Below the pieces are notes generated by a model. The model saw nothing but the letters and a program-made list of their open reading frames with translations, was not told the origin of the DNA and made no database searches. This document shows positions 46,471-55,116 of a stretch of 64,000 bases of DNA, piece after piece; position 1 is the first letter of the stretch, and each line of letters begins with the position of its first letter. This DNA comes from Escherichia phage vB_EcoM_Goslar: sequence record NC_048170.1; one strand, given 5' to 3'. Made by a program: the position numbers and the translations under genes.

Positions 46471-48081
46471 ATGGACCCAAAACAGATAGCCATTAAGATT
46501 ATTACGTTACTGTTTCGTAATGCACAATTGAACCATCCCGATCCCAGTACGATCGAACATGTTAAATCCGTCTTAGATAAAGTCGAACCCCCGAAAAACC
46601 ATCTCGCTACAGACGTAGATAGAGAGGTTTTCAGCAACCTGATGAACACCATTCATTGGATGCTGGAACAACCGTTATCGGAACCTTTCGATAAACAACA
46701 GTTGTTACAAAGGATACGTTTAGATTGCCTTGAACAAAGCAATCTTTACGAGATTCTTGCCGACGGACTGTACGATATCGAAGACGACGCTCATATCAGT
46801 AAGGTCTGTTCGCTCTATTACAATGAATTACGTAATCTGATTACCCGTCGTCGTGTTTTCGAAACCTTTAAAAACACGTACATGGATATCAGTAACGGGC
46901 GACTTGGGGATAAAGAATTTTTCGATGCGATGGCGAATTTGAAATTATCGCTAGACAGTATCGAAATGGATACCGAAAATCCCGAAGAGATGTCGTGTAT
47001 GATTGACGGCTTTATCGCTGACAGCGAAGACGATATCGAGAAAGTTGAACGTATGTTCGTCAAAGCGATGGAACGTAACAGTCCTGAAGGTGGATTTGTA
47101 ACCGGCTGGCAAGGCTTTAATAAAATGTTGGGGTCGGTCGGTGTTTTACGTCGCGGTACCTTAGGACTGATTGGTGCAATGCAGCACCGAAACAAGTCAG
47201 GTGTGTTGTTAAAACTGTTCACGCATCTGGCACTGTACAATAAACCCCATTTCTTTTTTCCGGAGCGAGCAAAGAAAGCACTACTGATTCACTTGTCAAC
47301 AGAAAACGAAGTAGAAGAAAACACGCTTCAGATATACAAGAACATGCGAGAACAGGAAACAGGCGAATATGTCGATATTCGTAAGATTGACCCTCGCGAG
47401 GCATCACGTTATGTGTTGAAGGTGTTCAACGATGCGGGTTTCTCTGTTTGTATGCGTCGTGTTGATGGGATGAGTTATAAACAACTCGCTAATCTCATCG
47501 ACCATTTCGAACGCATGGGTTATGAAGTCATGGCGTTGTTCATTGACTATCTGAAAATGTTCTCATCGGAAGGGTTGGATAGAAATGGACCGACCGGCGC
47601 ATGGTTACAAGAACTCTTCAACAAAGTACGTAACCTCTGCAGCGTTAAACGTATTTTAGGTATGACCGTACACCAGCTGTCATCCGACGCGAAGATGCGC
47701 GCACGTGACGGTAACGATGAAGAGTTCGTTGACCAAGTCGCGGGTTTAAGTTACTGGGATGGTTGTAAAGGGATTGACCGTGAGATTGACCTCGAAGTGA
47801 TTGTTGATATCGTTAAGGAACCGGGTAAACGTCAAAGCTGGCAAGTCTTTGCGTTAGGGAAAGACCGTCAACCGGATAACGGTTCAACGAAACCTGAAGA
47901 CAAACATTTCGCGATGCCATTCCAAACCATCGGGATGCTTCCTGATGATTACGGTAAGAAAGCAGTATATTGCCGCAAGGTTGGCGGACAACCTGTCTCC
48001 GAGGGAGGTAAAGGTCCGTGGAACAAGTTCGATGAAAACGCAGCACCGAGTAATGAATTACAATTTGATTTAGAATTTTAA
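46471..48081 (+). CDS. DnaB-like helicase-family ATPase (divergent Walker A)
   Basis: Start moved to ATG 46471 (SD AAAGGA); motifs in DnaB order: LIGAMQHRNKSG (H1-like, atypical), FIDYLKMF (H2/Walker B), VHQLSSD (H3-like), VKEPGKRQS (H4-like); only plus-strand gene in this block. Confidence 0.4.
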   Translation: MDPKQIAIKIITLLFRNAQLNHPDPSTIEHVKSVLDKVEPPKNHLATDVDREVFSNLMNTIHWMLEQPLSEPFDKQQLLQRIRLDCLEQSNLYEILADGLYDIEDDAHISKVCSLYYNELRNLITRRRVFETFKNTYMDISNGRLGDKEFFDAMANLKLSLDSIEMDTENPEEMSCMIDGFIADSEDDIEKVERMFVKAMERNSPEGGFVTGWQGFNKMLGSVGVLRRGTLGLIGAMQHRNKSGVLLKLFTHLALYNKPHFFFPERAKKALLIHLSTENEVEENTLQIYKNMREQETGEYVDIRKIDPREASRYVLKVFNDAGFSVCMRRVDGMSYKQLANLIDHFERMGYEVMALFIDYLKMFSSEGLDRNGPTGAWLQELFNKVRNLCSVKRILGMTVHQLSSDAKMRARDGNDEEFVDQVAGLSYWDGCKGIDREIDLEVIVDIVKEPGKRQSWQVFALGKDRQPDNGSTKPEDKHFAMPFQTIGMLPDDYGKKAVYCRKVGGQPVSEGGKGPWNKFDENAAPSNELQFDLEF

Positions 48082-48106
48082 ACGCAAAAAAAAAGATTGT
48101 GCGGTT

Positions 48107-48138
48107 CCCTCCTCCAACCCGTAAGGGAAGGAGGAGGG
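48107..48138 (-). terminator. conserved intergenic stem-loop terminator
   Basis: ccctcctcc-aa-ccc-gtaa-ggg-aa-ggaggaggg; on the minus strand followed within ~10 nt by a U9 tract; between convergent genes. Confidence 0.6.
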
Positions 48139-48154
48139 GTTATGACCGCTTTGA

Positions 48155-48481
48155 TTAACTTATTGTCATGAATTCATTAGGTGAAAATTTCCAGCCGTTC
48201 TCAGTGAGAAGCGTGTTGAGTTTCGCTGCAACGATAAGCCATGCATGCATGGCCGTTACATCGTATTGGCGATTCACTCGACGTTGGTTTTCGATATTGA
48301 TTTGCTCCTGTTCAGTGATGTTTGGATAAAGTGCGATAGCGCTAGGTTTACCCAGCGCGCTAGTCATCACCGCAGTACATTCACTGATAATGTTGTTTAA
48401 GTGGTAGTTATACACCGTTCCACGCATGACGCGATGACGGCATTCGATAATAGCGTCGTAAATGATTTCTCGAGTAATCAT
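48155..48481 (-). CDS. hypothetical protein
   Basis: 108-aa ORF. Confidence 0.45.
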   Translation of the reverse strand: MITREIIYDAIIECRHRVMRGTVYNYHLNNIISECTAVMTSALGKPSAIALYPNITEQEQINIENQRRVNRQYDVTAMHAWLIVAAKLNTLLTENGWKFSPNEFMTIS

Positions 48482-48487
48482 GATAAT

Positions 48488-48889
48488 TTAAAACATACGG
48501 TCGTTTTTAGCACGGGCGTCCATTACCAGATCGTAGATGCCTGCGGTTCGTAAGCACTCTTCGTAGTAACGATGCGCGCCTTCATCAGCCATCCACGATA
48601 ACCCTCGGCTATCCGCAACGATAACCAGTTTGTTATTGTTGAACGCACACACCACACGGTAGGTCGCGTTGTTATTCGGATCGCGAGTGATAAGTTCGTA
48701 AACGCCGTTAACAGGTTTACTGAATTCACCGTTTAACGGGATGAGTTCGGTAGTACCTTCAGCAAACGTTACGTTGATCGGTGATGGGTCTTTAGCGATA
48801 ACAGTATATTCCACATTGTGTTCTTTACTGGTCATGATACCGAAGTAAGAACTCACAGGGGAACGCGGTACACTAAGAATATTAAACAT
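48488..48889 (-). CDS. hypothetical protein
   Basis: 133-aa ORF, SD AAGAGGA. Confidence 0.45.
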   Translation of the reverse strand: MFNILSVPRSPVSSYFGIMTSKEHNVEYTVIAKDPSPINVTFAEGTTELIPLNGEFSKPVNGVYELITRDPNNNATYRVVCAFNNNKLVIVADSRGLSWMADEGAHRYYEECLRTAGIYDLVMDARAKNDRMF

Positions 48890-48943
48890 GGATGTTGTCC
48901 TCTTAATTGGATTTAGATTGTTGGGTATGGATTGGGAAATGAA

Positions 48944-49513
48944 TTAGACGATGAGTGACCAGGTGGTAAGCACCCCGCTTGCGAATTCGAGCTTAAGACG
49001 TTTACCGATAAGTTGTTGTTGGATCATCTTCTCGGTGATGCGTCGATCTTGCTGAACCGCTTTATCAAACGCTTCTTTTGCTTCAGCTTGGTAGAAGTTC
49101 GTTTCTTCGTTGTCGTCGATCTCTTCGAGAGTATCGTCGTCGATGTCGGCAAGTTTCACTCGACCGTTTTCATCAGGTTGTTCTGCAGGTTCATTGTCAT
49201 ACGGCGTGTCTTTTGTTGGTGCGACACGATGTTGCAACTCGACCTGTGTTAACATGATCTCCATCTCACCATCGATAGGAATGATTTCATCGGCGCTGCC
49301 GTTTTCGGTTAGCTCTCGACTTTCCAGTAATGTCGTGGTAACAGAGAACACCTCTTCAACAGGAACCTCGTCATCGTCGATGGTGTTAACCGTGTTGCTG
49401 GTAACTTCGGCAACGACCATCAAATCAAATGCGTGAGGGTCACCTGGCATTTTGATTCCTGGAAGTTTGTTGAGGTACCAAGGATCAAGAATCATGATTT
49501 CTGGATTAAACAT
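48944..49513 (-). CDS. hypothetical acidic protein
   Basis: 189-aa ORF, Asp/Glu-rich; SD AAAGG. Confidence 0.45.
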   Translation of the reverse strand: MFNPEIMILDPWYLNKLPGIKMPGDPHAFDLMVVAEVTSNTVNTIDDDEVPVEEVFSVTTTLLESRELTENGSADEIIPIDGEMEIMLTQVELQHRVAPTKDTPYDNEPAEQPDENGRVKLADIDDDTLEEIDDNEETNFYQAEAKEAFDKAVQQDRRITEKMIQQQLIGKRLKLEFASGVLTTWSLIV

Positions 49514-49716
49514 CGTATTTTTACCTTTCTATGTTAGGTGGATTGCGGATAGAAGAATCAATGCATAGATTGATCGTTCTATGTTAGAAATTATTGCCGA
49601 ACTGGTTATGGTTATAACGCGTGTTTTCGTATTCTGACGGGTCGCGTATTAATAAGGTCATGACTGTATCCTCGATTATTAAGAGAAATTTACAACGATA
49701 ACAGTAACCGCTGTTA

Positions 49717-49740
49717 TCATCTAGGTAATGTAGTCGCGAA
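49717..49740 (-). promoter_or_regulatory. conserved promoter-like motif, copy B
   Basis: Minus-sense TTCGCGACTACATTACCTAGATGA, about 35 nt downstream (minus sense) of hairpin 49776-49807. Confidence 0.45.
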
Positions 49741-49775
49741 ATAAACTGGAGTAATGCGAAATAAGACAGCATAAG

Positions 49776-49807
49776 CCCTCTCCCAACCCGTAAGGGAAGG
49801 GAGAGGG
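49776..49807 (-). terminator. conserved intergenic stem-loop terminator
   Basis: ccctctccc-aa-ccc-gtaa-ggg-aa-gggagaggg; compensatory stem changes relative to other copies; followed by CUUAUGCUG. Confidence 0.6.
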
Positions 49808-49811
49808 AATA

Positions 49812-51179
49812 TTAAACGGTTGGACGAACGGTGTTGTCTTTTTCTGGTGCAAGCCATAACGTGACCGTACCATGGCATGTCCACTGTGGTTCACGTACAG
49901 AAGAACCTGCCATCGTAACAGCACAATCGGTACGCATGATAACCCCGTATGCTTCGCAGAGATTGTTATCCTGCATCCACACAACTTTAGCAGGCATGCC
50001 GGGATACAACAAATCCATGTTTGCGTATTCCCACACCAACTGCATTGTTCTACCGCGTAATCCAGCAGTATTGCTTAATTCACGCCATCGGTTATCGGTT
50101 ACGCGTCCCATCCCTTTCGCCACCTTCACGTTATCGCCACGTTCTTCAGTTACGTACTCGCTAACGTTTACAGTACGACTGATTATTGTATCGCCCCCTT
50201 TTGATAACGTCATTCCCTGGCTCATCTGACTTGCCGAAACAAAACGCCCACCCGCATTACCTAACAACGAAGCCGCGTTATTGATGTCGCTTACCGACGC
50301 CCCTCTCGTACATGCAATTTCCACGTATTTGTCACGATTGATCCAGGTCTTGTCCATGCCCGGAAACATATCGGCAGGATAGTTGTAAAAGATAGCCGTG
50401 CGCCGACCATCAGAAAAACGGGTTTCGTCATAGAGAGGATAAATATACAGATACGGAGATTGATAATAACAACCGACGTCCGCTGAATAAATACCGACCT
50501 GGTTCTGGATTTTGTCTACGAGATCCATTGCGTTGGTACCGTGCGGAAGAATAAGCAACTTGAACAGGTTGTCGTTATTCGGTGCAACAATATCCACACC
50601 CTGCATTTTGAATCCGGTGTCAGCTTCAACCGCAGAAAGTATCTTGCTGAATTCGAGCCGTAACACATCCAGCACTTTCGACCCGGTATAGTTCTCACCG
50701 GTTTCTGATTGCATGAAGCTTTCAAGAACAGGATCGAACAGTTGAAATTGAAGGTCGACCATTTGTTCGTAGTCTTTCTTCGAAGAATCGGTTGCGGTAC
50801 GTTCGTCGGTAGCAGACATACGACTGTCTACGGTTGTTAAACAAACCGCCCGGTAGACATAAGCCTGTGTGGCATCGTCTACGGTTTGGCGTTGTCCACG
50901 CATCAGGCTGTACGCCTGCACGATGATGCGCATTTTAAGTTGTTGTTGGTACGGTAGAATGTATTTTCCGTAACTGCCGGGCGGGAACTTTACAGAGATA
51001 TAAAGTTCATCTCCTGCGTTACGTTCATAGTCTCGATACGTGTGGACTTGAGTCACTAAAGGAACAGACACCGTCATTGACGGCGTGATTAATTCCGCGG
51101 TGACTTTATACGCAACAGCAACTGCTTCCTGCGCAAATGTACCGATATACCGTCCTAACGGCGTCTGTTTGTAATCCAT
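49812..51179 (-). CDS. hypothetical structural-type protein
   Basis: 455-aa ORF at the end of a long co-directional block. Confidence 0.5.
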   Translation of the reverse strand: MDYKQTPLGRYIGTFAQEAVAVAYKVTAELITPSMTVSVPLVTQVHTYRDYERNAGDELYISVKFPPGSYGKYILPYQQQLKMRIIVQAYSLMRGQRQTVDDATQAYVYRAVCLTTVDSRMSATDERTATDSSKKDYEQMVDLQFQLFDPVLESFMQSETGENYTGSKVLDVLRLEFSKILSAVEADTGFKMQGVDIVAPNNDNLFKLLILPHGTNAMDLVDKIQNQVGIYSADVGCYYQSPYLYIYPLYDETRFSDGRRTAIFYNYPADMFPGMDKTWINRDKYVEIACTRGASVSDINNAASLLGNAGGRFVSASQMSQGMTLSKGGDTIISRTVNVSEYVTEERGDNVKVAKGMGRVTDNRWRELSNTAGLRGRTMQLVWEYANMDLLYPGMPAKVVWMQDNNLCEAYGVIMRTDCAVTMAGSSVREPQWTCHGTVTLWLAPEKDNTVRPTV

Positions 51180-51181
51180 GT

Positions 51182-51787
51182 TTAACGACCCCGTTGCTGT
51201 TGTTGAATGATGAATTCTTCGATCTTCGTACCACGGAATTCGCTGTGACGAACTGCTTGCAGTTGCTCTTCAACGGTTGGGCCTGCATTGAGACCACCAC
51301 GACGTGCGCGGTTGATGCCGATTTTACGGCGCTGGCCGATTTCACGCAAACGTGAAGATAATCCGCTCATTTCGGTTGGGTCTTTAATACGACCGCGTGC
51401 AACGTTCCACAGACCGCCCATGAACTCTTCGAGAATACGGCTGGCTTCGAGAGACGGTACGCGCGCGTTGGGATCGTTTTCAAGATTGTATTTAACGTAT
51501 TCCGTGTGTTCCAGAAGAAGCATGAACATCTTCATGGCGTTCACGTCGGGATTTGCAATACGCATAGGAACACCACGAGAATGTTTTTCAGCGGCCTGCG
51601 GTACGGTAAGCTGTGCGGGCACCTCTTCGTTCATGGCCATATCGTCGATTTCTGCAACCCCTGAAGAGTAGACGCCGCTGACCTCATTGGTGTAGTTATC
51701 CACCATGAATTTACGGGGAATCCAGAATTCGAATTTACGTTCAAATAGACGTTTGGTTGGGGTATCTTTAACGTGTTGTAGACTCAT
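51182..51787 (-). CDS. hypothetical protein
   Basis: 201-aa ORF; ATGA start/stop overlap with the upstream gene. Confidence 0.5.
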   Translation of the reverse strand: MSLQHVKDTPTKRLFERKFEFWIPRKFMVDNYTNEVSGVYSSGVAEIDDMAMNEEVPAQLTVPQAAEKHSRGVPMRIANPDVNAMKMFMLLLEHTEYVKYNLENDPNARVPSLEASRILEEFMGGLWNVARGRIKDPTEMSGLSSRLREIGQRRKIGINRARRGGLNAGPTVEEQLQAVRHSEFRGTKIEEFIIQQQQRGR

Positions 51788-53100
51788 GGTTCAATAGCTC
51801 CTGCTCGTAACAGCATAATAACGAACGGTGTGAAATAATAACGATCTAGCGGAGAAAGCAACGGTATTGCGTCGACCATCTGTTTCAGTGCTGGATGACT
51901 GATTGCTTTCTCGTCGACCATATCACGTACCATACTCTCAATGATCGTCATTGGGGCTTGGTTGCGATAGAAAGCCTCTGTGAAAACATAGTACGGATCG
52001 TCCGCTACCGATGGAAACAACGGAACGCCGTCATACTCCATCGATGTAAGGTTGGTCACCAACGGATTTGTCGGTGGTGTGTTTTCAGGTACAGCCAACT
52101 CTTTACCGACGTCTTCACCGAGCGACGTGGTCGCAGGCCACATACAGAACCGCGCACCACTAAAACGAATCCCGCCTGCAGCCGGGTATTGATAGAAACG
52201 CTTTGTTGACAACAGTGTGAATTTCACCGTCAACCGCGCCTCGTCTTCCCGACGTCCATCCATGACCCATTCAAAGACAGAAATCGCATTCGCTTCCTGG
52301 TTATCGTCTACGTTAAGGCGTCCAAAGTTCCATGATGGCTTTCCTTCAAGCGACGACCATAATTTCGTAAACGCGTTAACGCACCAGGGATCGTAGGTTG
52401 CAGCATCTTGACCAGGAACAAGCAGTGTGTTGAGTTCACGGCTGTAGAATTCATGGTAATACGCGTGACAAAGCCCCAGCGCACGACGGAGATAATCATA
52501 CTTACGATTGTATTTCTCCGTTGCCATTACGGGATGTTTTCCGTGCTTTAACTGGTCTTGGTCGTACAGTGTATCCTCAACGATTTTCGCTTCCAGTTCG
52601 ATAAGCTGTTTTTCGTCAAGAATACGTTGGAAGGAAATATCACATTCGTAAGCCGGTGCTAAGCTGATGTTCTTCGGCGTGATTCGGGTGATTGTGTACA
52701 CCGCGATACGATGATCGAGACCGGAGATTAACAGCATGTTACCTAAAAGAGGAACCGATACCGCCGGAAGTATACACGTACCCTCTGATTGAAAACGCGC
52801 AGTACCGTTGTCGTACGATGGCGTCAATGACGACATTAACTTGATAGGGTAATGTCTGATGCGACGGTACTGCTGTTCAGCGATGTCACGGTTAGCTTGA
52901 AAACTGCTTTGTTCATCATCGCGACCGAGAATCTGTTCGTAATAATCGCATTCTACGGAATAACCGGATGCGTAATTCACTAACCCGATTTGACTATTGT
53001 ATTGCTCATCCACCACCGCAGAACGATAAACATCGTCGCGAGCCTTCGCGGGTTGTTGGGGGTTGATGTTGGGTTTCGCGGGCTTCTTAGCGAGCGCCAT
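51784..53100 (-). CDS. hypothetical protein
   Basis: 438-aa ORF, SD TAGGAG. Confidence 0.5.
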   Translation of the reverse strand: MALAKKPAKPNINPQQPAKARDDVYRSAVVDEQYNSQIGLVNYASGYSVECDYYEQILGRDDEQSSFQANRDIAEQQYRRIRHYPIKLMSSLTPSYDNGTARFQSEGTCILPAVSVPLLGNMLLISGLDHRIAVYTITRITPKNISLAPAYECDISFQRILDEKQLIELEAKIVEDTLYDQDQLKHGKHPVMATEKYNRKYDYLRRALGLCHAYYHEFYSRELNTLLVPGQDAATYDPWCVNAFTKLWSSLEGKPSWNFGRLNVDDNQEANAISVFEWVMDGRREDEARLTVKFTLLSTKRFYQYPAAGGIRFSGARFCMWPATTSLGEDVGKELAVPENTPPTNPLVTNLTSMEYDGVPLFPSVADDPYYVFTEAFYRNQAPMTIIESMVRDMVDEKAISHPALKQMVDAIPLLSPLDRYYFTPFVIMLLRAGAIEP

Positions 53101-54652
53101 AGCGTTTTACTCCTACGATGGTACCGACAAGAATTCTCGGTACGAATAAACTACGATGTTTGAACCATGAAGCTGTTGTTGGGATACGTTTGATGGCTTC
53201 GATAAGCCCGATTAGCGTATAGCACCCCCGACTGTTCTTCTTAGGCCAGTACTTTTTATCTAGACCTAATACTGCAAACAGTTCATCCACCAGATTGGGA
53301 TAACAACACAACGCTTCAAGTGTTTCAACCTGTAACTGACTTAAATCTAACAGTATCGCTAGACGAACGTGGTAATCACTCCGTAAGTCTAACGGATCTT
53401 TCGCTTCAAGATCGCCAACGTCGGTTAATGTCCACGCGTCTCTTGCGTAGCGGTATTTGCCCTTCCAAACCTCAAGGAAAAAAGGAGACTGGTAATGACA
53501 TTTTGACCATTCCGGGTACTCGCGGAACCATCGAACAAGATCGGGATGGAATTCACCTTCTTCGGCTAACGAGTCCAACGTCACCAATAGGTTAGGTTGT
53601 TCGGGATCGATAGCAAGCAGCGCGGTGAAAAGCGTGCTTGATGGAAGCTCGGTTTCCACGCTCGATGGAGGCAACCATTCATCCAAATCGGGATACCGAT
53701 ACGCTTGAATCGACGCACCCTGCTCGGGCAAGAACGAATCACGAAGAATGTCCTGATACTGCACCACCATACCACCACGACGCGCACGGGATTTATCGCG
53801 CACCGAGAGGCTCGGTTTGTATAGGTACTCTTCGGGGAGTATCTGTTGGTGTACTTGAACCGGATACCGTGCTACGATGTGTGTTGGTGTGTCGTACGTG
53901 TAACGGTAAGAGAAGGTTGCGTTGTATGAAGAACTGTTCTCATTCTTCTCGGGTTTCGGAGCGTCGGTGAAATCAAATTGACCAGAGATCTCTTCTTGCA
54001 TTTCCCTGATAACCAATTTAACGCTCTTACCGTCACCTGCAACCGTCGTCATGGTGGTTGCACGGTTGTCGAACCCGTCTCTAAGATACTCACTGAATTT
54101 ATCCCCATAACCCGCGACAGCCTCTCGGTGGGTGTGGATAACTTTTAACAACATGAGAAACTGTGTAGGGATCGCATAGCTGTATTCGGCACTGAGAAAC
54201 GCGGCAACATGCTGACTTGTGAGCAAGCGTTTCATGTCGTACCACCAACGTTCGGCGGTGACCTGATCCTCGAACCGTTTGGTGATCTGCATGGTCGCAA
54301 CCATCGTACTGTAAACAGGTACTAGCGATACGCCAAGGTTACGGTCTTCAAATACTGGAAGACTGTTTCGTTTGTAAACGGTATCGTACATGGACGCCTG
54401 TTCTTCAGGGACAATGTTAAGCTCAATTTGGATGAACCCGTCAGCAGGCCCTTTTACATCCTGATCAACAACTTGCGGCGGTTGCTCGTTCGCAGCGCTC
54501 ATTTTAGCGTGAAGCGCTTCCCCTCGAAAAAGAATGTTCTCCCGATTATAATCCCACCCGCAAAGCTCGCTGATCTGCCGTAACACCGCGATTGCAACCG
54601 GACGTGTTACCGTCGCGTATACGTCATTGATTTTTCGATCAAGTTTAGGCAT
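53087..54652 (-). CDS. hypothetical protein
   Basis: Track ORF starts at GTG 54679; ATG at 54650-54652 preferred (SD GAGGA). Confidence 0.45.
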   Translation of the reverse strand: MPKLDRKINDVYATVTRPVAIAVLRQISELCGWDYNRENILFRGEALHAKMSAANEQPPQVVDQDVKGPADGFIQIELNIVPEEQASMYDTVYKRNSLPVFEDRNLGVSLVPVYSTMVATMQITKRFEDQVTAERWWYDMKRLLTSQHVAAFLSAEYSYAIPTQFLMLLKVIHTHREAVAGYGDKFSEYLRDGFDNRATTMTTVAGDGKSVKLVIREMQEEISGQFDFTDAPKPEKNENSSSYNATFSYRYTYDTPTHIVARYPVQVHQQILPEEYLYKPSLSVRDKSRARRGGMVVQYQDILRDSFLPEQGASIQAYRYPDLDEWLPPSSVETELPSSTLFTALLAIDPEQPNLLVTLDSLAEEGEFHPDLVRWFREYPEWSKCHYQSPFFLEVWKGKYRYARDAWTLTDVGDLEAKDPLDLRSDYHVRLAILLDLSQLQVETLEALCCYPNLVDELFAVLGLDKKYWPKKNSRGCYTLIGLIEAIKRIPTTASWFKHRSLFVPRILVGTIVGVKRYGAR

Positions 54653-55028
54653 CGATGTCGTCCTCGCTAATTTCCTCACCTCCTTGTTGTCGATATCCGG
54701 TATAATGAATCAGACTGCTCTGTAGAAGCTCTTTAACGAGCCCTAGACGCGTTTTATCTGTTTCATTGGACGTTTCCATTAATGTTTCTATTTCGTTGTT
54801 TAAAACAGCGTATAGCGCTTCTAACGGCAATCCTTGGATGATTGGTTTGTTGGTACCTTCCGGTAGTGCCGCAACAGGAATCTGCACGACGGTTTCATGT
54901 GAGGTATGTGGGTTGATACGGCAAATATACATACCGGGTACTGAATGTCGCGGGCACGCCGCTACCAAGCATGTCTGTTGCTGCGCACCGTTAAGTGCGA
55001 GTGAAAGAAATTTTGCTTCACGTGTCAT
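54645..55028 (-). CDS. hypothetical protein
   Basis: 127-aa ORF. Confidence 0.45.
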   Translation of the reverse strand: MTREAKFLSLALNGAQQQTCLVAACPRHSVPGMYICRINPHTSHETVVQIPVAALPEGTNKPIIQGLPLEALYAVLNNEIETLMETSNETDKTRLGLVKELLQSSLIHYTGYRQQGGEEISEDDIDA

Positions 55029-55079
55029 CGCAGATTCCTGTTTGAAAGATAAGATATCACATGATGGTCGACAGCATAA

Positions 55080-55101
55080 AGCCCACCCCGAAGGGCGGGC
55101 T
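55080..55101 (-). terminator. variant hairpin terminator with the same downstream UUAUG
   Basis: agccc-acccc-gaag-ggcgggct, minus-sense followed by UUUAUGCUG; directly after the stop of the 1125-aa gene. Confidence 0.5.
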
Positions 55102-55116
55102 GTTTATGCGTACGGA

